Shown here piece after piece: positions 1-11,089 of a DNA stretch of 64,000 bases. The notes beneath the pieces were generated by a model. That model saw nothing but the letters and a program-made list of their open reading frames with translations, was not told the DNA's origin and did not search any database. The stretch covers positions 124,001 through 188,000 of the forward strand of contig JAPETS010000038.1 in the NCBI GenBank assembly GCA_026023565.1, read 5' to 3'. The translations under genes were made by a program, and so were the position numbers. This stretch comes from Cirrosporium novae-zelandiae. Taxonomy: Eukaryota. Within the stretch, counting starts at the first letter, position 1. The number at the start of each line of letters is the position of its first letter.

Positions 1-415
1 TCATGGTAAAATTCTCATCATTTCCAGGGCCCGTCAGCTCCTCTAGCTGGTCGTTCGATGCTGCAAAGACAACTCGTCCAATATTTGCCCAATATATAGT
101 CGCAGAGCACATTGCGCAAGGCTCCCAGGTCGAATAGAGTGTGCATTGCCATAAATATGGTTGTGTGAAATGGCTGGATGCTAGCCGTGCAAGACTTGCC
201 TCAGCATGATTGACGTGATCAACAGACTGGTGTGTGAGAAGAACAGTGGTATTATCTGGTCCAACAAGGACTCCAGCGAATGGGCGTTTCCCTTGAGTGA
301 GAGCACGTCTCTGTACCGTTAAACAGGCATCAATCCCGGCTTTCATCTGAGACTCAGTTGGCAACGGTGGACGTTCTGGAAAAAACGTGGATTTGGGAGA
401 CACTGTATCAGACAT
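1..415 (-). CDS. Zn-dependent cytidine/deoxycytidylate deaminase (CDA) superfamily protein, 3'-truncated by the window edge
   Basis: Not in ORF track. Hand translation from ATG 415, open to position 1: MSDTVSPK...GKRPFAGVLVGPD...HVNHAEASLARLA...TLYSTWEPCAMCSATIYWANIGRVVFAA...LTGPGNDENFTM; canonical HxE and PCxxC motifs; no intron in the visible part. Confidence 0.9.
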   Translation of the reverse strand, partial: MSDTVSPKSTFFPERPPLPTESQMKAGIDACLTVQRRALTQGKRPFAGVLVGPDNTTVLLTHQSVDHVNHAEASLARLASSHFTQPYLWQCTLYSTWEPCAMCSATIYWANIGRVVFAASNDQLEELTGPGNDENFTM

Positions 416-845
416 TTTGAGTATGACGACTTGAGAGTCAATTGAATCTAATAGTAATCAATTATAAGTAATTGAAGAAATAATTAAATGAAGAAACTGC
501 AGATTAGCTTTCTTAAGAATGGGGTAAACCCTGAGAGGCTAACAAACGGTCATCTCCGAATATCGCAAGTCGTAGATGATAAGCATACTTGGTAGTTTAT
601 GCAATTGATTGGTCTCGAATAGTAAAATAGGAGGTGAGCTGGCTATTCCATGATGAGGAATAGGAGTTAATACCGTCGTGCGTGTCGTGCGTGTCGTGCG
701 TGTCGTGCGTGTCGTGCCTGTTGTGCGCGTGTACCTGGTAATTTTGCTATGTTTGCATACTCCCAACCTCGTGAACGCGCTCGGCAATCTATCTCGAGCG
801 TGAGACGCGACTTGCTGCCTGGGATCGTGTCATTCATATATATAT
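416..845. promoter_or_regulatory. Divergent promoter region between the deaminase and UNG1, with MCB-like ACGCG cores
   Basis: Genes start on opposite strands 430 bp apart; ACGCG cores near 775 and 805; bidirectional function is inferred. Confidence 0.5.
675..728. repeat. 9-bp CpG-rich tandem repeat (GTCGTGCGT)x4 plus 2 degenerate copies
   Basis: Direct reading. Confidence 0.95.
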
Positions 846-1971
846 ATGCAGTTTCGACGCAATCTTGTAAAACAGTCATCCACCATTCTTCATTATACTC
901 AAGCAGAACCAATTCAATCTATCAATTTCTTCACAATGTCGACCAGTGCCACCAAGCGAAAAGCTGCTGACCTAGCTAAGGATGATGTAAAGAAACCCAA
1001 GGCCAATAGCAGCATTACCTCTTTCTTTAAACCACCAAAGACCGATTCCCCTAGCGCTAGTGGCACCCAGGCAACGTTTCGTTTCAACAAGGAGAAGTGG
1101 GTGGCAACGCTCACTGACGAGCAGAAAGATCTATTGAAACTTGAGATTGCAACGCTACATGAGAGCTGGCTATCACACTTAAAGGATGAGCTTATAACCA
1201 AAGAATTCCTAGAATTGAAGAGATTCTTGAGGAAAGAACAAGAGTCTGGTCAGACAATCTTCCCACCAGCAGAAGATGTTTACAGCTGGTATGATTAGCT
1301 ATAACCCCTATTCGGCGACATCCTAGTATTGACTTTTTCGCTTCTAGGTCAAGACATACACCATTTAATACCGTCAAAGTCGTCATTATTGGACAAGATC
1401 CATATCACAATATCAATCAGGCGCATGGCATGTGCTTCTCTGTCCGCCCACCTACTCCTGCTCCACCCTCCCTGAAGAACATCTACAAAGCCATCAAGAT
1501 CGACTATCCAGAATTCAAGCCTCCACCCAAGAATGGTGGTCTGCTCACTCCTTGGGCTGACCGAGGTGTCCTCCTTCTCAATACTTGTTTGACTGTAAGA
1601 GCCCACCAGGCCAACAGTCATTCTAACAGGGGATGGGAGAGGTTTACACAGAAAGTCATCGATATTGTGGCGAAAATGAGAACGAGGGGTGTAGTCTTCT
1701 TGGCTTGGGGTACTCCGGCAGGAAAGAGGGTTGTAAAAGTTGACAAGGCGAGACATTGTGTCCTACAGAGTGTCCATCCTAGCCCATTGAGTGCTGAAAG
1801 AGGATTTGTATGTGACCTTGTTGTACACAATATACCATATATGATGCTAACTCTTTCCAGTTCACATCCCACCATTTCAAAAAGGCCAATGATTGGCTGA
1901 AAGAGCGATATGGTGATAATAGTGAGATCGATTGGAGTCTTGACGCCCCTGCCAAGGCAGAAGTGAAATGA
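846..1971 (+). CDS. UNG1: Uracil-DNA glycosylase family 1
   Basis: Exons 846(or 936)-1288, 1348-1807, 1861-1971; spliced product contains GQDPYH, GVLLLN, VFLAWG and HPSPLS; N-terminal KRK NLS-like and SITSFF PIP-like motifs. Confidence 0.97.
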
Positions 1972-2227
1972 AAACTTAAAAGTTTTGTCATGATTTTTCG
2001 GGTTTTCTGTATTCTTGGGATTAGGGTTGGATTAATGTCTGTTTCGGGTCATCTGGTAATATATAGGATTTGATACCTGAAGTCTCGAGACAACTGGTTT
2101 TGTAAAGAGGGACCTTTCAAAATGTATCATAGCTGAATCACTCCAAAAGTCAATGGTAATCTGTGTCGACAGTCTTTTCTGATCAAGTCCTACAATTAAG
2201 TGGTCACAACCCTAAAAATACAGGTAT

Positions 2228-3075
2228 CTACCGTCCTTTCTTTACCAAATCCTCTACCACCGCTCTTCCTTCTGAAACCTTCTCGTCGACAAATCTTCCG
2301 GCGGCAATACTACGAACCTTGGCTTGCCTCCAACCCTCTTCGGCAGCTCCCCTAATCCTCATGTGGTTCTCACTGATGACTGGAACTCTCTTCTCATATT
2401 CCCAAGCCAAGTCGCCAATATTTCTCATGGTGATTGGCAAGGCCGCCCACCCTGCTCCTACCCCGACCGCCACCGGTACAGATGCCCGAAGAAATATGTT
2501 TCTGTTTCTAGTAACAATGGAGCCAGCCATAGCTGCAACCAGAATGTAGATTGCGCCCGGCATTAATTTCTCTCCCGATTCCTTTGGGGGAGCGAGGGAT
2601 GCAATGGTGTTTGTGAAAGAATTTTCCATGTCCATAAACGAAGACATGGCTGAATTGATTTTATTTTCAGCAGCGATAGACTGATCATAGAGGAAAAGCC
2701 GAACGCGGCGAACTTCGACAGCCAAGCGGTCGGTCGGTGTGGGGTTGGAGGAATAATGTGATCCTATGGGTCGTGATTTCGGAGGTGCGGAAGTGTTATC
2801 GGGGAGGTCATCGTAGATAGGTCTCTTATGGATCTGATAGACTTGTCAGATTTGAACATGAGGGAACCTGAGGGAACCTGAGGGTTCATATAGGGATCCT
2901 TACCTCCTCCTCCGAAGGGACCTCGGCGTAAAGAACACGTCTTGGATAGAAAGTGACACCGGCGGCAAGAGCAGCAACGGCGGCGGGGACGACGGCGCGC
3001 TACATAAATTTAGCAAAGATTATATTTATTGTCTATGGTTAAACTCACCTGCCGTATCAAGGGTCTGAAGGACAT
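2228..3075 (-). CDS. MIC26: MICOS subunit Mic26/Mic27 (ApoO family)
   Basis: Exons 3075-3049, 2999-2904, 2833-2228; MSFRPLIRQRAVVPAA...KRPIYDD...LMPGAIYILVAAMAGSIVTRNRNI. Confidence 0.88.
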
Positions 3076-3318
3076 CCTATTAGAGGAATCAATTGAGAAG
3101 GAGTGGGGAGTGAAGCATTTGTGTCTTACTTTTGATAGTAATGTGTTAAATGTACTGTACTTCGTTCATTTCAACGAAGTTCGGCAGTCTACGCACGCTA
3201 AATCTGTTTTAATGCAAGTCCGGCAAGGCAGTGCAGGGATTATTTTTAAGAAAACGCAAATCGTCATCGCCGTTTTCCCTCGCCTCTTCATTTTCAACCA
3301 CCTCTTCTCTCCAAGAAT

Positions 3319-5739
3319 ATGCTACATGTTCTTTCGCGCCAGCCATGGATATGTCGCCGCTGCTTCCAGCGTTGTCTGCAAAAGCAAAAGCGCTTTCAGG
3401 CCCAAAGAAATCTCTCCTTCGTTGCTCCTGCACCCTCCCCTCAGAGCCATTTCGATAAATACTCCCCTCTCGTCGAACATGGCGATCCAGAAGAAAGCGC
3501 CGATGATCGAACTCTTCGTCTGATCTTTGACTCCCCTTCTTTCTGGAAAGAATTTTCCCAACGAAAATCTCATGTATCGGGCAAGTTGGTCGGCCTGGTC
3601 CATAATCACTATCTTATCAATGCGACGGGCTTTGAAAAGTTTGCAGAGATCTCCCTGCGAAAATGTCGGAGACTAGTTCGGAAGATTCTAGCGGCCTCTA
3701 CGATTGAAGAATATAGGAATATGGCAAAAGACTTTGATAGACTTAGTGATTTGTTATGCCGAGTTATAGATCTATCGGATTTCTTGAGAGCAAACCACCC
3801 AGACCGGAAGATACAACAAGCAGCTGCAAAGGCTTGGGGGCTTATGTACGAATATATGAACATTCTTAATACAACGACGGCATTACATGATCAGTTAGAA
3901 AAAGCATTGAATAATCCCAAGGTGACGAAGCACTGGAGCCAAGAGGAACTTGTGGTGGCCAGAATACTATGGAAAGACTTTTCTAGAGCAGCAATTCATA
4001 TGCCTGCAGCAGACAGGCAGAAGTTTGTTGACTTATCGAACGAGATTAGCCAACTGGGAACAGACTTTGTGGAGAAGATGGAGCCCAGCAGTTCATCCTT
4101 GTCTTTTGATTCCAGCAGATTGCAGGGCATGGATCCTATGATTGTCAAGAAGTTATCAAGCAGAGGAAAGGTCATCCTGCCCACTGTCGGGCCTGTCGCA
4201 AGCTTGGCTCTGAGGGCGGTCGAGGATGAGGAAATACGAAAAGAAATATACATTGCCAACCGGTCTCCTTCTGAGACTCAAATTCAGCGATTGGAGCTTT
4301 TGATGACGAAAAGAATGGAACTCGCAAGGCTATCGGGCTATCAGACCTTTGCTGAACATGCACTGAGCGATAAGATGGCTAAAACGCCAAAAGCCGTCGA
4401 CAAGTTCCTAAAGGCATTGGCCGCTGACAATGGCATTTATGTTCAACAAGAACTAGAGCAACTGCAGCGTTTGAAACAGGAGACTGCTGGCAGATTCACT
4501 CAAATTAATGCATGGGATCGCGATTTCTACATGTCTCGTCTCCTCGCTCGCAGCCAGTCAAAGGATCGCTATCCAGACTTTCTCTCCTCATACTTTTCTC
4601 TCGGGTCCGTTATGCAAGGTCTATCGCGACTCTTCAGCCGTCTTTATGGCATTCGATTTGTTCCTCACGAGCTTTCTCCAGGTGAGACGTGGAACTCGGA
4701 CGTACGCCGGCTGGACGTCATATCGGAAGTAGATGGCCATATCGCGGTGGTCTACTGCGATCTCTTCGAACGTGAAGGCAAAAACCCCAACCCCGCCCAC
4801 TTTACCCTTCGCTGCTCCCGCCTAATCACTCCCTCCGAAATACATGAAGCCACCTTGGATCTCCCCAACAACGCCACCATGACCCCCGAAGAAGCTGCCA
4901 ACGACGGCATGCCCACCACCACCAGTCCCGACGACTCTCTCTACCAACTTCCCACCATAGCCCTAATATGCGATTTTGCACGCCCTCAACCTTCCTACCC
5001 CCTAATCTCCCCCAAACCCCGCCCCACCCTCCTCACCTTCCACGAAGTCAGAACCCTCTTCCACGAAATGGGCCACGCCGTACACTCGATGCTGGGCCGC
5101 ACGGCACTCCAAAACGTCTCCGGTACGCGCTGCGCCACCGACTTCGCCGAGCTCCCCTCTATCTTCAACGAACACTTTGCCTCGAACCCCTCGGTCCTCG
5201 CCCTATTCGCTCGTCACTACGAAACCGACAAACCGCTTCCTTATGCCCTCATCCAGGAAAAACTCGACCGAGACAAACTAGGACAGGGCTCCGAAACTGA
5301 AGCCCAGATCCTCATGGCCTTGCTCGACCAGGCATTCCACTCCATCGCTCCCTCCCCATGGGCCGGTGCCCCACCCCTCGAATTTAACTCCCGAGAAACA
5401 TATAAACAAATCATCGATACCTACGGCTCTATCCCCGAGCCGCCACATACAGCTTGGTACGGATTCTTCGGCCACCTATACGGCTACGGCGCAACGTACT
5501 ACTCGTACTTGTTTGACAGAGCAATTGCAGGAAAAGTGTGGAAGGAAGTATTCATGAAGGATGGAGAGGATGGAGTTGTGAGTCGAGAGAAGGGTGAGAG
5601 GCTGAAGGAGGAGGTGTTGAAATGGGGGGGTGGACGAGATGGGTGGGAGTGCGTGGGTGGGGTTTTGGGGGATGAGGCGTTGAAGGAGGGGGGCGAGGAT
5701 GCCATGAAGAGGGTTGGGGAATGGGGGGTTAGGGATTAG
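3319..5739 (+). CDS. OCT1: Mitochondrial intermediate peptidase (M3 metallopeptidase)
   Basis: 806-aa intronless ORF; presequence-like start (WICRRC), DRLSDLLCRVID, AHFTLRCSR, FHEMGHAVH (HExxH), FGHLYGYGATYYSY. Confidence 0.96.
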   Translation: MLHVLSRQPWICRRCFQRCLQKQKRFQAQRNLSFVAPAPSPQSHFDKYSPLVEHGDPEESADDRTLRLIFDSPSFWKEFSQRKSHVSGKLVGLVHNHYLINATGFEKFAEISLRKCRRLVRKILAASTIEEYRNMAKDFDRLSDLLCRVIDLSDFLRANHPDRKIQQAAAKAWGLMYEYMNILNTTTALHDQLEKALNNPKVTKHWSQEELVVARILWKDFSRAAIHMPAADRQKFVDLSNEISQLGTDFVEKMEPSSSSLSFDSSRLQGMDPMIVKKLSSRGKVILPTVGPVASLALRAVEDEEIRKEIYIANRSPSETQIQRLELLMTKRMELARLSGYQTFAEHALSDKMAKTPKAVDKFLKALAADNGIYVQQELEQLQRLKQETAGRFTQINAWDRDFYMSRLLARSQSKDRYPDFLSSYFSLGSVMQGLSRLFSRLYGIRFVPHELSPGETWNSDVRRLDVISEVDGHIAVVYCDLFEREGKNPNPAHFTLRCSRLITPSEIHEATLDLPNNATMTPEEAANDGMPTTTSPDDSLYQLPTIALICDFARPQPSYPLISPKPRPTLLTFHEVRTLFHEMGHAVHSMLGRTALQNVSGTRCATDFAELPSIFNEHFASNPSVLALFARHYETDKPLPYALIQEKLDRDKLGQGSETEAQILMALLDQAFHSIAPSPWAGAPPLEFNSRETYKQIIDTYGSIPEPPHTAWYGFFGHLYGYGATYYSYLFDRAIAGKVWKEVFMKDGEDGVVSREKGERLKEEVLKWGGGRDGWECVGGVLGDEALKEGGEDAMKRVGEWGVRD

Positions 5740-7560
5740 GGGAAATGAAGTTTTTTGTAGTTTGTGTGTGTGTGTATGCATGTGTAAAGGATTCAATGTA
5801 AATGAATTCTTAGAATTTTTATAAGATATGTATATGTACTTATTCACGTCATTTGATACATAAACGCTAGTTAGTCTAGGGGACAGTAACAACAACAGTT
5901 CAAATGAAGGAGCTTGGGGGAAGCCCGCAAGGAACTTGGAAGCCCACCCAGATCTATCTATACCGATCTAATAAGATTAATAACACAAACCCCCTTCCCC
6001 CCCCTTTTTCCCCCAAATATCTGATCCTCGAAAGTCGAAGTTGAAATCATTATCATTTAAATTATCTACCTATCTATCTAGACTAATCAGCTTCCTTCCT
6101 TCTTTCCTTCCTCCCCCCACCTGACCTGACCCCAAAAGATCAATCAAAAAAAAACCAAACTTGGATCTACTGATCATGTAAAGTAAAGTAAAGCAAAGTT
6201 GAAGAAGTGGAAAAAAGAGTGCAAAAAAGAAGTGCAAAAAGGGTTCGCCTCATGGAATTTTTTTATTAGATTAGGTATTACTTTGTAGAGTTATGATTAA
6301 CGTGGATATCTACTTAATCGTATGTTGGGGTTTTTTTTATGTTTTGGAGATTTTGAGATTTTGAGAGATTTATAGTAGGTAGGTGAGGTAAGGTAAGGTA
6401 GGTAGTCTAGAACCTCTTATTTACCTTATTTAAATAGTCTATGATCTATGGGTATCGGGTATAGTAGTGTTTGACTTTTTGTGCAAGTACTTGGTTATTT
6501 ACCCCCTTGGGGAATGGGGAATGGGGAATAGGGAATATAATACCTTAAGGATCTTCTTCTTCTTCTTCTTCTTCTTCTTCTTCTTCTTGCCATTAAGCTT
6601 AGTATGTGATGTGATGATGAGAATTCCCCATTTTGTTTATATATATTATAGTACTGGGTAGATAGATAGATAGATAGCTTATCCCCTTTCCACACATAAC
6701 TACCATAACTTACCCTAACCTACCTTACTTACTTACACTACCTAACCTAATATATATATATATAGCTTACATACTACACCCCTTATACCTTATACCTTAT
6801 ACCTTATACCTTATACCCTACCTCCTTACAGTATAAGGAAGAGAAGGTCTATAGAAACAAGCTATATCTATATCTATATCCATATCTTCATATCCTTTAA
6901 ATTTCAAATACTTCAAATACTTCAACTCATTTCATTTCATCTCAACCCCCTAGACAGGACAAGACAAGACAGGATAGAATAGAAACTTTCAATCAATAGG
7001 AAACAGCAACAGCTAGTCCTTGTCCTGGATTAAGATATCTATCCCTTTTCACTACCCCCCCCCCCCGAATAGTTGTGTGTTGTGGTGGTGGTTTGCTCTT
7101 TCCTATCCACACCCACTCTACCCCCCCGTTCATATACTGATATTGATATTAGTCTAAGTAAGGAAAGGCGCTGGTAGAGAACGTGACTATTTTGTTCATC
7201 TCCATCTCCGAATTTACCTACTTTGCCCTCAATTTCACCCTCAATTTCACCCCTTACCCTCCCCCCACCGCTGACATGGCTACCTAGGTGCCTAGGTACT
7301 GAGGACCTGATCTAATCTAATATAATCAGATCACACTTCCTTTCTTTCGGTAAGGTAGGCGGTAAGTGTGAATATATATTTGGGAGGGGTTGTCGTTGTC
7401 GTTTAGGTTTATTAGAGGGCGGGAGGGAAGGAAGGAAGGAAAGGTGACTGGTCGTGATATGATATGCGGTCTTTGGCGTAGGATTTCTTTCGTCTGTGCC
7501 TATGAATGATAGATTGAATGAATGAATGGGATGGGATGGAACCACTCTCGGATGGATGGA
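5740..7560. repeat. Microsatellite-rich low-complexity intergenic block
   Basis: (TG)n ~5763, (CTT)n 6552-6588, (CTTATAC)n ~6782-6818, (GATA)n, (TA)n, C-runs; ORFs here are repeat translations. Confidence 0.9.
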
Positions 7561-8454
7561 TAATCCTTTAAATTATTTTTCTCTCTGCGGGTTAGGGAGA
7601 TCATTACAGTAACAGTGGTTGAGTGAATAGACCCCAGTTTAGTGGGATGTGCATATACGCACATAATGTGGGTTGGTCCTTTAGAATAATCATCTCTCAA
7701 CGGCCTTATTTGCTTTTATCTTTATCATATTAGGTGCAACTAGGGGGGCCAGAAATCTGTTTTATCTCCTAAATCACGAAGACGAAGACCCTTAATGTAT
7801 CACACATAAGCTGGAGTTTATGTAGTAAATAAATAAAGCGACATTATTGAGAGAAAACTAGTAGTAGAAAGGAACTGTGTATTTTTGTTCGTAGGTGTTT
7901 CCTTTTCTTCTTTAGTAGTTTGTTGTACTACAAAGGGAGGGAATTTTTGAGGACTTCTAGGTATGCTCGTCTGCAGTAGGGGGGGGCATAATATTCAATA
8001 AGTCTCGAATGGAGTATCATGTATGGATAACCACTCGGTTTTTCTGTAGTGAGCATTATAATCCTAATAGGGGATTAAACCTAGTTGTAACAATGAAAGG
8101 ACAAGATACTCTCAGTATGGGAAGGTACAGTACCATTCATGTTGTCTTTTGTCCAAGGGAGTTCACACAGGAGCTAATAACCATGGGAAGATCTATTACA
8201 AAAATCTGTTAACTAGTATGTGTGTACAAGGCAAAAGACGGTATTTATAAATACCCATAAACACCCTGTCTTAGTTTATCACCAAATTTTTATACTCACT
8301 TCACTGGCTATAGGTTGCAATTGATACTCAAATCATCAAGGTAACTCGGACACATTCTGTCCATTGCAACAATGGTCAATCCTAATTCTTTTCTGATAGG
8401 AAATTGATGCACTTATTGCGCATATTTGCACCCATTGCCAACCCATTGCGAATC

Positions 8455-8622
8455 ATGGCCAAATGCGAGTCTTGTCATGGTTCAGGTACAGTTTCAGCTA
8501 CCTGCTCCAATTGTAATGGTACAGGAAGCACATCGACTGAACCATACACTTGCTATGCCTGTGGAGGAAGTGGAAAGACGCTGACATCATGCACAACTTG
8601 TGGCGGAACAGGTCAAGTCTAA
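8455..8622 (+). CDS. 55-aa stand-alone DnaJ-type (CxxCxGxG)x4 zinc-finger microprotein
   Basis: MAKCESCHGSG..CSNCNGTG..CYACGGSG..CTTCGGTGQV; ATG in ATCATGG context (in-frame upstream ATG at 8407); TATA-like TATTTATAAA ~8242; apparent 5'UTR intron 8341-8399 (GTAACT..CTAAT..TAG). Confidence 0.8.
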   Translation: MAKCESCHGSGTVSATCSNCNGTGSTSTEPYTCYACGGSGKTLTSCTTCGGTGQV

Positions 8623-9125
8623 AATATGTTAGGATTGCGATTGTATAGCAGATGACTTCCCTACGGACCCTACCTGTGTTACCATGGCTAACTTACTATG
8701 CAGGTGTAGATGATAATCGGGGATCAAGACATTCACTCCGCCTTAGCTTCTAGTTTATTTGCTGTTGGTGGTGTGGGGAAAACCTGATTTGTTCTTTATT
8801 GCTCTTATCGCGAGCCGTTGTTGCTATTTTGTATCACTCGTTCGGCAGCTTTTATTGAATAGCAAGAATCTGCAGTGTAGTATCAGTTCCGTTATTTGCC
8901 AGACCATTCCTTCTAGCCACTTGTTCTTCTCCAGAAGAGGCTAATAGTACAATGAAACAATGCAAACCAATTTACCTGGACATAATAATTCCTACACATT
9001 CCTCACGTCTTCCTAAACACGGCACAAGTTAAAGCTTCGATTTGATCGGGTATCCTACCAAGAAGTTGTAAAATAGAAGCTTGCCATAAATATTCATCCG
9101 AACCACTTGTTGAAGATGATCCTCT

Positions 9126-10293
9126 TCAAAATACCCGTAAAATTACCTCATATACCCCAAACATAATAGCTGATGATGGGACTACTCGTAGAAGATGAGC
9201 AGTCAACCCACCGTACATAGATACCAGCCCTTCTTCCTTCCAGATGAGCCTGAAAGTCTGGAACAAACCGGTATACTTCTGCTGTCCGCTTTCAGTAGGC
9301 GCTTGTCGTAACCTTGTTCTCACAACCTGCAAGCCCAATCAATATTTAACCACCAGAATAGCGATTGATCAAAAAAAAATAAAAGAAGATGTGACCTACC
9401 TCGTGGGGATATGTGACGGCAGCGGCAACAAATTTCGCGCTTCCTGCAGCACCAATCTTCCCTACCCAATCTCCAGTTTGGTCCCACATAGTCCTTTTTT
9501 TGCCAAGGACAATCATGCTTTCTTCTTTGGCGGAAAGATACATCTTCATCTGCTCGTATAAAACCCACTGGAGCGTACTCTCAGTGACACCGAGGTAACT
9601 TGCGCTTAAGCCTCGATACAGACCCTTAATTCCTTCCTGACGGAGAACTTTTATGAAACAATCGAGACTACTCTTATACTGACGGTTCATGCCAGGATCT
9701 AGCTTCGTATGGGACTTATCAAGCTGTAGTCGTGTTTTGATAAGCCATATTGGATTGGTAGCTGTACTAACAACTATACCGGCAGTTGCAGCAGCAGAAA
9801 GATGAACCCAGGCCGTCTCTTTACCTTCATTAAGAGTCTGAGAGATAATGTGCTTGAAATTTCCATATGCGTAGAACTTTATTGCGCTAGCGGGGATAAC
9901 ACCGGTGAGGTTTGGACCCAAACCTTTAAAAAGCGCACGCCACCCTTCAATGCGGTGGATAGAGAAGAGAAGTTGGCATGTTTCATTGAGGTGGAAATAA
10001 ACAGACCTAGTATATGGAAGGGTGCTGCGGGTGGCTCGACTGATAGCAAGCTGGGATTGATAAAAGTCGGACTGAAGTCGCGTTTTAAGAACATCTAGAG
10101 GCGAAGTGAGGATTGCTGCGGTCATACCACCAGTGCTATATAAAGTTCCAGTCAGTGTCAAGTACAAAGACCGGCAAAGAAGATCGCGAAGAGGATTATA
10201 CCCGCCGGCAACAAAATGTACCCATGATTTATTCTTCGTTACTGTTCCTGATCCTGTAGTCATAAGGCCATTTTTGGGGGCGAGCTCCTGCAT
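9126..10293 (-). CDS. RIM2: Mitochondrial pyrimidine nucleotide carrier (SLC25A33/36 family)
   Basis: Exons 10293-10202, 10135-9400, 9326-9126; three carrier signatures PLDVLKTRLQ, PIWLIKTRLQ, PHEVVRTRLRQ; WVHFVAGG start typical of Rim2. Confidence 0.92.
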
Positions 10294-11089
10294 ATTTCAC
10301 GATGTAGTGAGTAATAATGGACATATGTTTTACACGAAGGGTTATCTAGATGTAGTCTAGGTGCGCTCTAGGCGTGGCTCCTAAGAATCATACACAGGAA
10401 GTAGGAGAACGATAAGTAATTTGAATAAAGGTGTAAATATGTTCTTAGAAAGAGATGGACAAGCCAACAAAAGCTTTAGTAGAGTCTTCGATTAAGTAAA
10501 GAGAGATTAGTATGGTGGAAATGAATGAGGTAACATTCTCAACATCGAGTTATCTCTTGTTGAATATTATTAGCCGATAATTTATTCGCTACCGGAATTA
10601 AATCTATGAAAAATATGTTAATTATACTATCTAATCTTAGCACGGGATATTTTGTTACCCTCAGTTTATCTATAAATTCACTTACCATTTCGCTGTCGTG
10701 CGAGGTTCAAGCGGCAGGACTCACCTATTAAAACGGAATAGGAAAGCGTAAAATTGCTGTAGATATTTGTTGGGTAGATGTATAAAAATATAAAATATAA
10801 ATAAGTAACTTGGAAGTATTTATACATCTAAAAAAAGACAAATCGGCCAGTCCCAGTTCAATCCAGCGAAGTTCAGTCGGTGGTATAAAGTTAAAATCAA
10901 ACTCCATTTCATTCATAGCGCCAGCACCACCACACCAGCGCCGATGTCTCAAGAATATTCCAGATTCCAGATTTCCAAAATTTCCGAATGCTATAGTTTA
11001 GCTGATTGATTAGTTTTAATTAAACTAGCTGCTTTAAAAAAATTGGGACGTTTTCTTTCTTTCTTTTCTTTTCCTCATATGTCAAGCAT

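Noticed and set aside
539..970. Short ORFs with TTR/ARH repeats
   Set aside because: Translations of the 9-bp promoter repeat
6467..6695. PolyF / polyR ORFs
   Set aside because: Products of the (CTT)n microsatellite
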